Of a stretch of DNA of 33,637 nucleotides, positions 1 to 9,467 are shown in pieces. The position numbers and the translations under genes are program-made. This DNA is from Candidatus Sherwoodlollariibacterium unditelluris (GTDB taxonomy: Bacteria > Omnitrophota > Gorgyraeia > Gygaellales > Profunditerraquicolaceae): NCBI GenBank assembly GCA_002771995.1, contig PCRK01000026.1, positions 1-33,637 on the forward strand. Reading direction: 5' to 3'. Under the pieces are notes generated by a model. It saw only the letters and a list, made by a program, of their open reading frames with translations, had not been told where the DNA came from and did not search any database. How positions within the stretch are numbered: position 1 is the stretch's first letter; each line of letters begins with the position of its first letter.

Positions 1-2
1 AA

Positions 3-1223
3 AAGCCGGGAGTAACAATAGAGGAGGTTATTGAAAATATTGATATTGGCGGGCCTTCTATGCTGCGCTCAGCTGCGAAAAATCACCGTTTTGTCGCAGT
101 GGTTTGTAATCCCGCTCGGTACAGCCAGATTATTGATGAGCTAAGAAGAAATAAGGGGAGTCTTTCTGAAGAAGTGATGCGGGCAATGGCGATTGAGGTA
201 TATGGCCGCACTAGCGAATACGACGAGGCAATCCATAAATATCTTAGTAATTATTTTGGCGGCAAAAAGATAACGGAAAAATTTCCCAAAGAGATAACTT
301 CTATTTTCGAGAAGGTCCAGGATTTGCGTTACGGAGAGAATCCGCACCAGGAGGCAGCTTTCTATAAAGAGAAAGGCAAGGCTAAAGGGATAATCAACGC
401 CAAGCAACTTCAGGGGAAGGAGTTATCTTTTAATAACATTTTAGATTTAAATTCAGCCTGGGAATTAGTGCGTGAATTCAGTAACCCGGCTGCGGTGGTT
501 GTAAAACACAGTAATCCCTGCGGCGTGGCTGAGGATAAATTATTAGATAGGGCGTTTTTCTGCGCTTGGAAATGCGATACGCTTTCTGCTTTTGGCGGGA
601 TTGTCGCCTTAAATCGGAAGATGGATTTAAAGACTGCTAAGCGCGTTGCTAAAAGCGGATTTTTAGAGTCCATTATTGCTCCCGGGTTTAATCAGGAGGC
701 CTTGGAGTTATTTAAGGGAAAGAAGAACCTGCGCATATTAGAATTTTATGATTTAGATCCTATAAGTGAACCGGATATGAAGAGGGTGGCAGGCGGGCTC
801 CTGCTTCAGGATAAGGATCTGGCAACCTTGGATTTAAATAATTTAAAAGTCGTGACTAAAAAGAAACCGAATAAACAACAGCTGGTTAGCCTTATCTTTG
901 GCTGGAAAGTGGCTAAACATGTCAAATCCAATGCCATTGTTTTAACTAAAGGTACAAAGACTGTCGGCATCGGTGCGGGGCAAATGTCCCGAGTTGATTC
1001 GGTAATGCTCGCCAAGAAGAAGTCCGGCGTTTTAAGCAAAAAATCCTGCCTTGCCTCCGACGGTTTTTTCCCTAAGCCGGATGCTATCTTTTGGGCGCAT
1101 AAGGCTGGAGTTTCTGCCATAATCCAGCCCGGAGGATCAATTGCCGACGAGAATATCATTAAGGCCTGCAATAAATATAAGATTGCCATGGTTACAACCG
1201 GCATAAGGCACTTCAAACATTAG
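3..1223 (+). CDS. purH: Bifunctional AICAR formyltransferase/IMP cyclohydrolase, 5'-truncated by the window edge
   Basis: The frame is open from position 3 (ENIDIGGPSMLRSAAKN). It contains LRYGENPHQ, GKELSFNN, KHSNPCG, GAGQMSRVD, ASDGFFP, IIQPGGS and the terminal RHFKH. Confidence 0.97.
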   Translation, partial: KPGVTIEEVIENIDIGGPSMLRSAAKNHRFVAVVCNPARYSQIIDELRRNKGSLSEEVMRAMAIEVYGRTSEYDEAIHKYLSNYFGGKKITEKFPKEITSIFEKVQDLRYGENPHQEAAFYKEKGKAKGIINAKQLQGKELSFNNILDLNSAWELVREFSNPAAVVVKHSNPCGVAEDKLLDRAFFCAWKCDTLSAFGGIVALNRKMDLKTAKRVAKSGFLESIIAPGFNQEALELFKGKKNLRILEFYDLDPISEPDMKRVAGGLLLQDKDLATLDLNNLKVVTKKKPNKQQLVSLIFGWKVAKHVKSNAIVLTKGTKTVGIGAGQMSRVDSVMLAKKKSGVLSKKSCLASDGFFPKPDAIFWAHKAGVSAIIQPGGSIADENIIKACNKYKIAMVTTGIRHFKH

Positions 1224-1284
1224 GTTTTAGGTGTTAGGTTTTGGGTTTTACCTAACACCTATCACCAAACACCTATTACCTAAT
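1221..1284. repeat. Inverted array of degenerate heptamers (4x TAGGTKT-like, then 5x ACCTAWY-like)
   Basis: taggttt taggtgt taggttt tgggttt t acctaac acctatc accaaac acctatt acctaat. It fills the purH-folC spacer and can fold back on itself. Confidence 0.85.
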
Positions 1285-1286
1285 AA

Positions 1287-2603
1287 ATGACCTACCCTGA
1301 AACAGTCAAATACTTAGAATCATTTATCAATTACGAAAAAACTACGGCCTACCGCTATAAAGAATCTTTGGGGCTTACGCGTATCAAGGAATTTTTAACT
1401 CTCCTCGGCAATCCGCAGGATGACCTTAAATGCATACATGTCGCGGGGACAAAAGGCAAAGGTTCTATTTGCGCTTTTATTGCCTATATATTAAAAGAAG
1501 CCGGATTTAAGGTAGGCCTTTATACCTCTCCTCACCTCTTAGATTTTAGGGAAAGAATAAGGATTTTAAACCCGCTAAGCGATAAACGACAAGCACTAAG
1601 TGAGTTCGAGGGGATAATCCCTAAGGCCGCGTTAAAGGCCATAGTGGAGAGGTTAAGGCCTAAAATAGAAAAATATGGCCGCAGTTCGCCTTATGGCCCG
1701 CTTACTTTTTTTGAGGCCTACACTGCTTTAGCCTTAGTTTATTTTAAAGAGAAGAAAGTTGACTTTGCCGTCTTAGAGACGGGTTTAGGCGGCAGGCTTG
1801 ACGCTACAAATGTGGTCAATGCCTTGGTCTCTGTGATTACGCCGATAAGTTATGACCATATGGATAAACTTGGGCATACCTTAAAAAAGATCGCGAAGGA
1901 GAAGGCGGGAATTATTAAAACCAAGAAATCAATAGCAATTAGCGCTCCGCAGGAAAAAGAGGCAAGGGAGGTTATACGTGCACGATGCAAGGCGTTTGAT
2001 GTTAAACTATATGAGGTAAATAAATATAAAAAGTTAAAATTAAGGCTCCTTGGCAGGCATCAGTTAATTAACGCGGCAGTAGCCATAAGCGCAGTCAAGG
2101 CTTTAAATGGTTACGGTATTAGGGTGGGGGTTGATTCTCTGATGCGCGGGCTTTATAATACCCTTTGGCCAGGTAGGTGCGAGGTGATTTCACGAAATCC
2201 TTTGGTGGTGCTGGACGGCGCACAGAATGTCGCCTCTGTTAAAGCTTTAAAAGAGGCCATCAGGAAAAATTTTTCCGCCGCAGGCGGATCCGCCTTTGGC
2301 GAAAAATACAAAAAAATGATTTTAGTATTGGGTATTTCCAATGACAAGGATATTAAGGGCATATGCTCAGAGCTTTATGATTTAGCGGATAAGGTTATAT
2401 TAACTAAAGCCAATTCCTTAAGGGCAGCTGATCCTAAAATTCTGGCGGGTTATTTTAACGGCAAGGAAAGATATATCACCGATGGTGTAGGGCCTGCCAA
2501 GAATTTAAGCAGGCGCTTGGCGGAAAGAGGAGATTTAATCTTAGTTACAGGTTCTTTATTTGTGGTAGGTGAATTTAAATATGGCAGGAGACAATTTAAC
2601 TGA
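1287..2603 (+). CDS. folC: Folylpolyglutamate synthase/dihydrofolate synthase
   Basis: HVAGTKGKGS P-loop, YTSPHL, ETGLGGRLDATN, WPGRCE, LDGAQN, TGSLFVVGE. Confidence 0.95.
   Translation: MTYPETVKYLESFINYEKTTAYRYKESLGLTRIKEFLTLLGNPQDDLKCIHVAGTKGKGSICAFIAYILKEAGFKVGLYTSPHLLDFRERIRILNPLSDKRQALSEFEGIIPKAALKAIVERLRPKIEKYGRSSPYGPLTFFEAYTALALVYFKEKKVDFAVLETGLGGRLDATNVVNALVSVITPISYDHMDKLGHTLKKIAKEKAGIIKTKKSIAISAPQEKEAREVIRARCKAFDVKLYEVNKYKKLKLRLLGRHQLINAAVAISAVKALNGYGIRVGVDSLMRGLYNTLWPGRCEVISRNPLVVLDGAQNVASVKALKEAIRKNFSAAGGSAFGEKYKKMILVLGISNDKDIKGICSELYDLADKVILTKANSLRAADPKILAGYFNGKERYITDGVGPAKNLSRRLAERGDLILVTGSLFVVGEFKYGRRQFN
2274..2303. repeat. 30-bp double-hairpin palindromic element inserted in frame in folC
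   Basis: TCCGCC-GCA-GGCGGA-TCCGCC-TTT-GGCGAA encodes SAAGGSAFGE. A sister copy is at 6869-6898. Confidence 0.85.
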
Positions 2604-4032
2604 TACAATTGCGGCAATATCCACGCCTGTAGGGGGAGGTGGTATTGGGATTGTGCGGCTTAGCGGCAAAGACGCGCTAAAAATTGCCGAGAAGATTTTT
2701 GTTGCCAAAGACGGTAAAAAAGCATCAGACTTCAAGACTTATACCACGCATTACGGATGGATCATTAATTCGTTCTCGAGTTCTCGAGTTCTCGAGTTCA
2801 ATAAATCAAACCCACGAACTAAAGAACTTACGAACTCGCGAACTGAGGTTATTGATGAAGTAATTTTGACCGTAATGCGCGCGCCAAAATCTTACACCAA
2901 AGAGGATATTGTAGAGATTAACTGCCACGGTGGAATTGTGGCTTTGCGGCGGGTATTGGATTTAGTTTTAGAAAACGGCAGCCGGTTAGCAGAGCCAGGA
3001 GAATTTACTAAACGTGCTTTTTTAAACGGAAGAATTGATTTAGCTCAGGCAGAGGCGGTTTTGGATATCATTCAAGCTAAAACCGATTTCGCGCTAAAGA
3101 TAGGAACCGAGCAATTAAAAGGGGCGCTTTCTCAAAGGATAAATGTTATTAGGGGATCCTTATTGGATATTCTTACTTTATTAGAAGCAAATATTGATTT
3201 TCCCGAAGAAGAAATAATTTCTGTTGAGCTAAGGGGGATGAGAGAAAAATTAGAAAAAATTGACGCTGAGCTTAAAAATCTTTTAGAAACCTCAAGACAT
3301 GGCCGGATCCTACGCGAAGGCATACATGTAGTTATCTGCGGTAAACCCAATGTTGGTAAGTCCTCGCTTTTAAACGCCCTGCTTAAAGAAGAACGTTCCA
3401 TAGTTACTCCTATCGCCGGGACTACCCGCGATACAATAGAAGAGACAATTGACATAAGAGGTATTCCGGTAAAGATTGTGGATACTGCCGGGACCCTAGA
3501 GCCGAGAGATTTAATAGAGAAGAAAGCTCTGATGCGTTCAAGGAAAGAGATTGATGCGGCGGATTTAGTGATTATTTTATTTGACGGCAGCAAGAGGTTG
3601 TCGCAAGAAGATGTATTTCTTATTAAGAAGCTAAAAACAAAACCCGCTATTGCGGTTATAAATAAAATTGACCTTAAGCAGAAGATTGAACGGGAGAAGG
3701 TCTGTGGGTATTTTAAGAATATTGTAGATATTTCGGCTAAGAAGGTTAAGAATATAGAATTATTGGAGAAAATAATCGCAGATTTAATCTATGGCGGATT
3801 AGTTTTAAGTTCTGAATCTATAATGGTGAGTAATCTAAGGCATATACAATTAATCCGCAAGGCGCAAAAAAACATTGCAAAAGCAGGAAAATCATTGGAT
3901 AATAGGTTATCTATAGAATTTATTGCCTGCGATATAAGGGAAGCGTTAGGTTCCTTGGATGATGTTTTGGGTAAAAGATTTTCCGAAGATTTATTAGATA
4001 AAATATTCAGCGAGTTCTGCATAGGAAAATGA
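2581..4032 (+). CDS. mnmE: tRNA modification GTPase MnmE (TrmE); probable start at ATG 2581
   Basis: [68 protein letters not shown], terminal FCIGK. Confidence 0.97.
   Translation: MAGDNLTDTIAAISTPVGGGGIGIVRLSGKDALKIAEKIFVAKDGKKASDFKTYTTHYGWIINSFSSSRVLEFNKSNPRTKELTNSRTEVIDEVILTVMRAPKSYTKEDIVEINCHGGIVALRRVLDLVLENGSRLAEPGEFTKRAFLNGRIDLAQAEAVLDIIQAKTDFALKIGTEQLKGALSQRINVIRGSLLDILTLLEANIDFPEEEIISVELRGMREKLEKIDAELKNLLETSRHGRILREGIHVVICGKPNVGKSSLLNALLKEERSIVTPIAGTTRDTIEETIDIRGIPVKIVDTAGTLEPRDLIEKKALMRSRKEIDAADLVIILFDGSKRLSQEDVFLIKKLKTKPAIAVINKIDLKQKIEREKVCGYFKNIVDISAKKVKNIELLEKIIADLIYGGLVLSSESIMVSNLRHIQLIRKAQKNIAKAGKSLDNRLSIEFIACDIREALGSLDDVLGKRFSEDLLDKIFSEFCIGK
2768..2844. repeat. Inverted octamer array inside mnmE
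   Basis: (GTTCTCGA)x3+GTTC, then CACGAACT AAAGAACT TACGAACT CGCGAACT. It encodes a low-complexity insert, FSSSRVLEF...[10 protein letters not shown]. Confidence 0.8.
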
Positions 4033-4033
4033 C

Positions 4034-4591
4034 ATGGATAAGAAAAAAATAGAAAAAGCAGTCCGGGATATTTTAGAGGCGATAGGCGAAGACCCTAAGA
4101 GGAAAGACCTTTTAGATACCCCTAAGCGCGTAGCTGAAATGTATGAAGAGATTTTTGCCGGAATAAAGCAGAATCCTGAAAAAGAGCTGGAAGTTGTCTT
4201 AGAACAGAAGCACCATGAGATAATCTTGCTTAAAGGCATTCCCTTATACAGTATCTGCGAGCACCATCTCACACCATTTATCGGCAAGGCGAATATCGCT
4301 TATATCCCTAAAAATGGCCGGGTTACCGGTTTAAGCAAGTTAGCGCGGGTGGCGGAAATTTTATCACGCCGGCCGCAAGTGCAGGAACGTTTGACTACGC
4401 AGATCGCCGATATTGTTATGGCAAAATTAAAGCCCTTAGGGGTTATGGTGGTTATTGAGGCAGAGCACCTTTGTCTGTCTATGCGCGGGGTAAGAAAGCC
4501 CGGGACCACGACTGTTACATCGGCAGTGCGTGGCATATTTAAAGATAATGAAAAGACGCGCTCAGAAGCCTTGGCGTTAATTAAACCTTAA
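4034..4591 (+). CDS. folE: GTP cyclohydrolase I
   Basis: [38 protein letters not shown]. Confidence 0.97.
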   Translation: MDKKKIEKAVRDILEAIGEDPKRKDLLDTPKRVAEMYEEIFAGIKQNPEKELEVVLEQKHHEIILLKGIPLYSICEHHLTPFIGKANIAYIPKNGRVTGLSKLARVAEILSRRPQVQERLTTQIADIVMAKLKPLGVMVVIEAEHLCLSMRGVRKPGTTTVTSAVRGIFKDNEKTRSEALALIKP

Positions 4592-4592
4592 A

Positions 4593-4777
4593 ATAACACC
4601 CGGTTTTATCGGCATCTTGGCATAAAGGATTGCCAAGTGCGCCCTTTTTGGGCTGATAGGCCGGTACTTCGACATAGATGAATGTCGAGTATCCCGCTTC
4701 TGCGGGATGTGCACTTACTGTGCAATACCTGGCCCTAAAGGATGGGCCAGTATGCGTTTCTGCGCAAGAAGGAGAGT
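4593..4777 (+). repeat. Multi-hairpin intergenic element, related to 9464-9560
   Basis: Starts ATAACACCCGG. Hairpins include CTTGGCA-TAAAGGAT-TGCCAAG, TCGACAT/ATGTCGA, TCCCGC-TTCT-GCGGGA, GCAC-TTACT-GTGC and CTGGCCC-TAAAGGAT-GGGCCAG. Confidence 0.7.
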
Positions 4778-5116
4778 ATGGATGTAAAGGATTTGGGCAA
4801 AACATCCTTAGGGATGGAGGCAAATGTCGCTGCTCTCTTAAGTTACTTGTTAGGTTTTATCACCGGGATTATTTTCTATGTTTTGGAGAAGGAAAATAAA
4901 TTTGTGCGTTTCCACGCCATGCAGTCTATTTTAGTCTTTGGCTCGCTTTTTGTCTTAGCCATAGTTGTAGGTATTATGCCTTTTATGGGCTGGGCATTGG
5001 TAAACATTATTTGGATTCTTGATATAATACTCTGGGTAATACTTATGGTTAAGGCTTATAGGGGGGAATATTTTAAGCTTCCTATTGCCGGGGATATAGC
5101 TGAGGAAAATTCTTAA
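4778..5116 (+). CDS. DUF4870-like small membrane protein; probable start at ATG 4778
   Basis: An AAGGAGAG Shine-Dalgarno sequence precedes ATG 4778. Motifs NVAALLSYLLG, ENKFVRFHAMQS and YFKLPIAG; three hydrophobic segments. Confidence 0.8.
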   Translation: MDVKDLGKTSLGMEANVAALLSYLLGFITGIIFYVLEKENKFVRFHAMQSILVFGSLFVLAIVVGIMPFMGWALVNIIWILDIILWVILMVKAYRGEYFKLPIAGDIAEENS

Positions 5117-5218
5117 TAAAAGAAAACGCTTCCTTTAAAGTCGTGAATAAGCTTGCAACCGCGTATTAATATGTGGCATACTTATATCAGAAAATTTTAA
5201 AAAAGGAATGCCTAAACA

Positions 5219-5560
5219 ATGCCTAAAGAAGAGTTTTCTGAAAAGAGAAAGTTTGTTCGTTTCTTAATTTCTATTCCTTTAAAATATGCCAAAATAAGTA
5301 TTAAGCAATCCACTGATGCCTCAACTAAGGATATTAGCGCCGAAGGGCTAGGTTTAATTACTGCTGAGGAGCTCCCGGTAAACGCACCCCTAAAGATATG
5401 CCTTACTATACTGGATAACGACGAAGAAATTCCCTTAAATGCCGAGGTTATCTGGTCTAAGGGCAAGAGCATTGGTTGCTATCATTCGGGGCTAAGGCTA
5501 AAAGATACCAAGCTAAAACCAATCTCGCTAGTTTTAAGGACCGTAGACTCTAGATTGTAA
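5219..5560 (+). CDS. Single-domain PilZ protein (putative c-di-GMP receptor)
   Basis: EKRKFVR (RxxxR) and DISAEG (DxSxxG) motifs, plus AEVIW. Confidence 0.85.
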   Translation: MPKEEFSEKRKFVRFLISIPLKYAKISIKQSTDASTKDISAEGLGLITAEELPVNAPLKICLTILDNDEEIPLNAEVIWSKGKSIGCYHSGLRLKDTKLKPISLVLRTVDSRL

Positions 5561-5599
5561 AAACCTTACCTTGTCCAATCTTCATCCCGTAATTTAAAA

Positions 5600-5628
5600 T
5601 TGACATCTTAGTCCATAAGGGGTAAAAT
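5600..5628 (+). promoter_or_regulatory. Putative sigma70 promoter, probably giving a leaderless transcript
   Basis: TTGACA-N17-TAAAAT ends 6 nt before GTG 5635; no Shine-Dalgarno sequence. Confidence 0.6.
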
Positions 5629-5634
5629 AACATC

Positions 5635-6615
5635 GTGAAGAAATTTTATATAATATTAGTTTTAAGCATATTATTATCCGGATGCGCTGCTTATAAGATA
5701 CAGCAAGGTAAATCTCCGCATGAGGGGGGTTTTGTTGTTTCAAGGTATAATAAAGTAATACCGGAATATAGTATCGGTGTTAATAATTCCTTCCCGGGCA
5801 AAGAGATCGCTGAGAAACGTTTTAAAAGACGCAGGTCTAAGGTTGAGTATTATTATAAAAAAATCGGCTTTATAGATAATCGTTTTAAGCAAACCTTTGT
5901 AGAACCTCCACTCTTATTCGTTCAGTTTGTTGCCGGTATATTCCGTATGCCTTTTATTGCCGTATCAGATTATAGGTATAATCATAATCCACAATATAAG
6001 GAGAAGATGGATAAGCTTGAGGATGAGCAATACTATGCCGAAAGGGCCCGAGTTAAAGGGTTAAAGGATAGATTAAGTGAATATATACAGGAAGATTTAG
6101 CCAAGGAATCTCCCGCTAAGGTTAACGAGCAGCCTAAACCAAAAGAAGAAGTTAAGATGGCAGAGCTTGCGCAGGAACCTGTCAAAGAAGTTCCTGCGGC
6201 AGCCCCGGTAGAGGTTAAGCCGGTTGAGACAATAAAGCCAGAGGCCCAAGAAAAGGCTATCGCTATTCAGGAAAGCTTGGAGGCAGTGCCTATAGTTGAA
6301 GAACCCAAATCTCAGGATATAAAATTACAGCCTTCTTTATTTAAGCCAACCGCTATAATTATTGCCAAACCGCAAAACGGCCCATCTCCCTTAAGGGTAA
6401 ATTTCTATGGCTACAAATCTTCATCGCCCAATGGGAAAATAGTCTCTTATTTCTGGGATTTCGGCGATGGAGATAAATCTAATAAGCCAAATCCTTTGAA
6501 TACCTACTGGAGCACTACCTACGGCGCAAGGGAATTTACCGTCACCCTTACTGTGACAGATAATAAAGGTATGGCCTCTTCCTCTAACGTCATTATTCAG
6601 GTAATAAATAAATAA
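5635..6615 (+). CDS. Lipoprotein with Glu/Pro/Lys-rich linker and C-terminal PKD domain
   Basis: Lipobox LSGC; PKD motifs YFWDFGDG and TVTLTVTDNKG. Confidence 0.8.
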   Translation: MKKFYIILVLSILLSGCAAYKIQQGKSPHEGGFVVSRYNKVIPEYSIGVNNSFPGKEIAEKRFKRRRSKVEYYYKKIGFIDNRFKQTFVEPPLLFVQFVAGIFRMPFIAVSDYRYNHNPQYKEKMDKLEDEQYYAERARVKGLKDRLSEYIQEDLAKESPAKVNEQPKPKEEVKMAELAQEPVKEVPAAAPVEVKPVETIKPEAQEKAIAIQESLEAVPIVEEPKSQDIKLQPSLFKPTAIIIAKPQNGPSPLRVNFYGYKSSSPNGKIVSYFWDFGDGDKSNKPNPLNTYWSTTYGAREFTVTLTVTDNKGMASSSNVIIQVINK

Positions 6616-6625
6616 TTTAAATTAT

Positions 6626-8176
6626 TTAGCGCCTATCTAAACTCCTATATTGCACTGCTTCCGAGATATGTTCTGCTAGTATCGTCTCACTCCCAGCCAA
6701 ATCTGCGATGGTCCGAGCGATCTTTAAAATTTTATCATAAGCCCTTGCCGATAAGCCCAATTCGGTCAAGGCAAGGCGCAACAAATCTTTTGCCTCGTTT
6801 CCTAAGGCGCAGTATTTCTTAATAAGTTTACCATTCATCTGGGCGTTGTAGAAGATACCCTTGTTTTTTCCGCCATAGGCGGATCTACCTTCGGCGGAAA
6901 AGCGTTCCCTTTGTACGGAGCGGGCTTTTTCGATCCTGGCTTTTATTGCTACGGACGCCTCTGCTTCCTTTATCTCAACCAACTCCTTATATTTAACCCT
7001 CGGCAATTCAATATGAATATCAATCCTGTCTAATAGCGGCCCGGAGATTTTTCCTATATAATTATCTATTTTAGTGGTATTGCAATGGCAGGCCTTCCGG
7101 GGGTCGCCAAGATATCCGCAGGGGCAGGGGTTGAAAGCTACAACAAGAATAAAAGAAGCAGGGAAGGTCAGGCTCTTTTTGATACGGCAGATGTTTATCT
7201 TTCCGTCTTCAAGCGGTTGACGCAGGGCCTCTAAGCTTGCGCGTTGAAATTCCGGGAGCTCGTCTAAAAATAATACGCCTTGGTGCGCAAGGCTGATTTC
7301 TCCGGGGATGGGCAATGGCCCGCCTCCGACTAAGGCCACACTTGATATGCTATGATGTGGAGCGCGGAATGGGCGGGTGGAGATTATACCATTTTGGTTA
7401 GTTAGGTTTCCGGTTACTGAATGTATCTTGGTTACTTCTAGCGCTTCTTCTAAAGTTAGTTCAGGCATAATGGTAGGGATTCTTTTGGCAAGCATGGTCT
7501 TGCCGCTCCCCGGAGGCCCGATCATGGCGATATTATGCCCTCCTGCCACAGCTACTTCAATTGCCCTCTTAGCCAGATATTGTCCTTTTACTTCTGAAAA
7601 GTCAATATTATAGTGGTTACTTTCTTGAAATAAGTTCCCTAAGTCTATTTTAAAAGGGGGCATTTGAGGATTATTCAGGAATTCTACAGTTTCTCTGAGG
7701 GTTTTAACCGGGAATACATTAACCCCGGAAACTATCGCTGCTTCTTTGGCGTTCTCCCAAGGGATAATAATATTTCGCCTGCCGCATTTAGCTATTTCCA
7801 TAGCTATAGGTAAAACTCCCCGCCCCGGCCGTAGTATGCCATCCAAGGAAAGCTCGCCTAAAATGAAATAATCGTTTAGCTTTAAGCCGTTAATTTGCTC
7901 GGTAGCGTAAAGTATGCCTAGGGCTATACCTAGGTCAAAGCAAGCGCCCTCTTTTTTTACCCCCGAAGGAGCTAAGCTTACGGTTATCCTTTCTGTCGGC
8001 CAGTTAAACCCTGAGTTCTTAATCGCGGATTTAACTCTTTCCCGGCTCTCTCTGATTGCTGAATCCGGTAAGCCGACCACGTTTATTGCCGGAAGCCCCC
8101 ATGAAACATCCACCTCTATCTCTATAGGATACGCCTCAATACCCTGCAAGCCAAAACTTAAGACTTTTGCGGTCAT
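6626..8176 (-). CDS. comM: ComM/YifB family Mg-chelatase-like AAA+ ATPase
   Basis: VGLPDSAIRESRERV, GELSLDG, GPPGSGKT, PFRAPHH, GEISLAHQGVLFLDE, NPCPCG, SGPLLDRID, ARTIADL. Confidence 0.93.
   Translation of the reverse strand: MTAKVLSFGLQGIEAYPIEIEVDVSWGLPAINVVGLPDSAIRESRERVKSAIKNSGFNWPTERITVSLAPSGVKKEGACFDLGIALGILYATEQINGLKLNDYFILGELSLDGILRPGRGVLPIAMEIAKCGRRNIIIPWENAKEAAIVSGVNVFPVKTLRETVEFLNNPQMPPFKIDLGNLFQESNHYNIDFSEVKGQYLAKRAIEVAVAGGHNIAMIGPPGSGKTMLAKRIPTIMPELTLEEALEVTKIHSVTGNLTNQNGIISTRPFRAPHHSISSVALVGGGPLPIPGEISLAHQGVLFLDELPEFQRASLEALRQPLEDGKINICRIKKSLTFPASFILVVAFNPCPCGYLGDPRKACHCNTTKIDNYIGKISGPLLDRIDIHIELPRVKYKELVEIKEAEASVAIKARIEKARSVQRERFSAEGRSAYGGKNKGIFYNAQMNGKLIKKYCALGNEAKDLLRLALTELGLSARAYDKILKIARTIADLAGSETILAEHISEAVQYRSLDRR
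6869..6898. repeat. 30-bp double-hairpin palindromic element inserted in frame in comM
   Basis: TCCGCC-ATA-GGCGGA-TCTACC-TTC-GGCGGA encodes SAEGRSAYGG on the minus strand. Same family as 2274-2303. Confidence 0.85.
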
Positions 8177-8383
8177 TTTTATCCCCTCCCAATGTTCCCG
8201 CCTCTTGCCCCGCAGAATGCGGGGCGGCGGGATTATACTTGCTTACTTCGCAAGCAAGTATTTCACTAAATCAAAACTTAAGGTGTTCAAGTTCGGGCAG
8301 ATAAGTTATGGAATCCCGCCAACGGCGGGACGACATAACTTATGCCCTCACTTAAATAGACGCAGGAGGAGGTAAAATCTAAC
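8177..8383 (-). promoter_or_regulatory. Structured 5' leader and putative alternative-sigma promoter of comM, homologous to 33417-33540
   Basis: Shared + strand blocks: CCCTCC, TGTTCCCGCC, GGCGGGAT, AAGTTCGGGCAGATAAGTTATG, CATAACTTATGCCCTCA and TTAAATAGACG-N15-TCTAAC. Confidence 0.65.
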
Positions 8384-8443
8384 TAATAAATTTTAGCTAT
8401 AATGCTTAGCTAGGTAAAATCCCTGCAGTAACCAAGAAAAGAC

Positions 8444-8471
8444 TTGCAATTTAATCCAGGGATTATATAAT
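8444..8471 (+). promoter_or_regulatory. Putative sigma70 promoter, probably giving a leaderless transcript
   Basis: TTGCAA-N16-TATAAT ends 8 nt before ATG 8480; no Shine-Dalgarno sequence. Confidence 0.5.
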
Positions 8472-8479
8472 ATTTTCCT

Positions 8480-9019
8480 ATGAACAATAGATTTCTTAAG
8501 AACATACTAATTCTCCTCTTGGCTAGCGCTTTGGTCTTTGTGGTATTCAGATATATTTCTTATTTAAGAGAAAATATCAGAAGCCTTGAAGGCCAGAAAC
8601 AAAGCCTTGAATACCAGAAACAAAGCCTATCACAGGAGCTAGAGAAAGAAAAGAATACCGTAGAGCAGCTTAAGCTAAAAAATGACAGCCTGAAAGGTAA
8701 CTTAAAGGCTGCTCATAAAAGATTAAATAAGTCATTTTTAGCCTTAAGCCAATCAGAAAAGAGGGCTGAGGAGTTAAGTTCGCAAGCAGACATATTAAAA
8801 GCAGAAAACAACGCCCTTTCAGAAGAGAAGGCTAGGCTTGTAGGGGATAATGAAGCTTTTAAATCTAGGCTGACTTCTATCCCCGAACTCAAGAAAGCAA
8901 TCCAAGAGTTAAAAAGACAAGCGAGGTTGGAAGGTAATCGGGGTTTCTTGATTAAAAATGGTAAGAGCACATCTGTTGTTAAAGTCAAGATAGAGGTAAC
9001 TCCGGCTTCGGGTAAATAA
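8480..9019 (+). CDS. Membrane-anchored coiled-coil hypothetical protein
   Basis: N-terminal hydrophobic helix followed by heptad-rich sequence; a 21-bp tandem repeat at 8581-8628 encodes SLEGQKQ SLEYQKQ SL. Confidence 0.7.
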   Translation: MNNRFLKNILILLLASALVFVVFRYISYLRENIRSLEGQKQSLEYQKQSLSQELEKEKNTVEQLKLKNDSLKGNLKAAHKRLNKSFLALSQSEKRAEELSSQADILKAENNALSEEKARLVGDNEAFKSRLTSIPELKKAIQELKRQARLEGNRGFLIKNGKSTSVVKVKIEVTPASGK

Positions 9020-9020
9020 T

Positions 9021-9467
9021 ATGAAAGAGATATTTGTTCAGACGGTCCAGAATAAGATTTTTATGACTACGCTCTCGGCTTGGCTTATCGCCCAGATAAT
9101 AAAAGTAACCATAGGTATAATCCGCGAAAAAAGGTTTGATTTCCGCTGGTTTATCGGTACCGGTGGTATGCCTTCATCTCATGTCGCAGGCGCTTCCTGT
9201 TTGGCTGCGGCTATGGGTTTTGAATATGGTTTCAGCAGCCCTTATTTTGCCTTAGCCGCGGCATTTGCCATTGTGGTTATGTTTGATGCTCAGGGCGTGC
9301 GCCGGGCAACCGGAAAACAGGCAGGCATTTTAAATAAAATAACCGAAGATATTTATTGGAAAGGTAGAATTCCCGAAGGCCGGCTGCGTGAACTCATTGG
9401 GCATACCCCGGTTGAGGTTATCGCAGGTTTTATAGTTGGGGTTACCATAGCGGTATTAGCAAGATAA
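9021..9467 (+). CDS. Divergent PAP2 family (DUF212) membrane protein
   Basis: AQIIK, GGMPSSH, VMFDAQGVRR, LRELIGHTPVEV. Confidence 0.9.
   Translation: MKEIFVQTVQNKIFMTTLSAWLIAQIIKVTIGIIREKRFDFRWFIGTGGMPSSHVAGASCLAAAMGFEYGFSSPYFALAAAFAIVVMFDAQGVRRATGKQAGILNKITEDIYWKGRIPEGRLRELIGHTPVEVIAGFIVGVTIAVLAR

Noticed and set aside
4593-4777. Known riboswitch linked to folE
   Set aside because: It lies downstream of folE, has no riboswitch consensus that I recognise, and shares modules with another spacer.
6609-6628. Perfect 20-bp palindrome TAAATAATTTAAATTATTTA at convergent stop codons
   Set aside because: It is AT-only and weak as a hairpin; a terminator or binding role cannot be supported.
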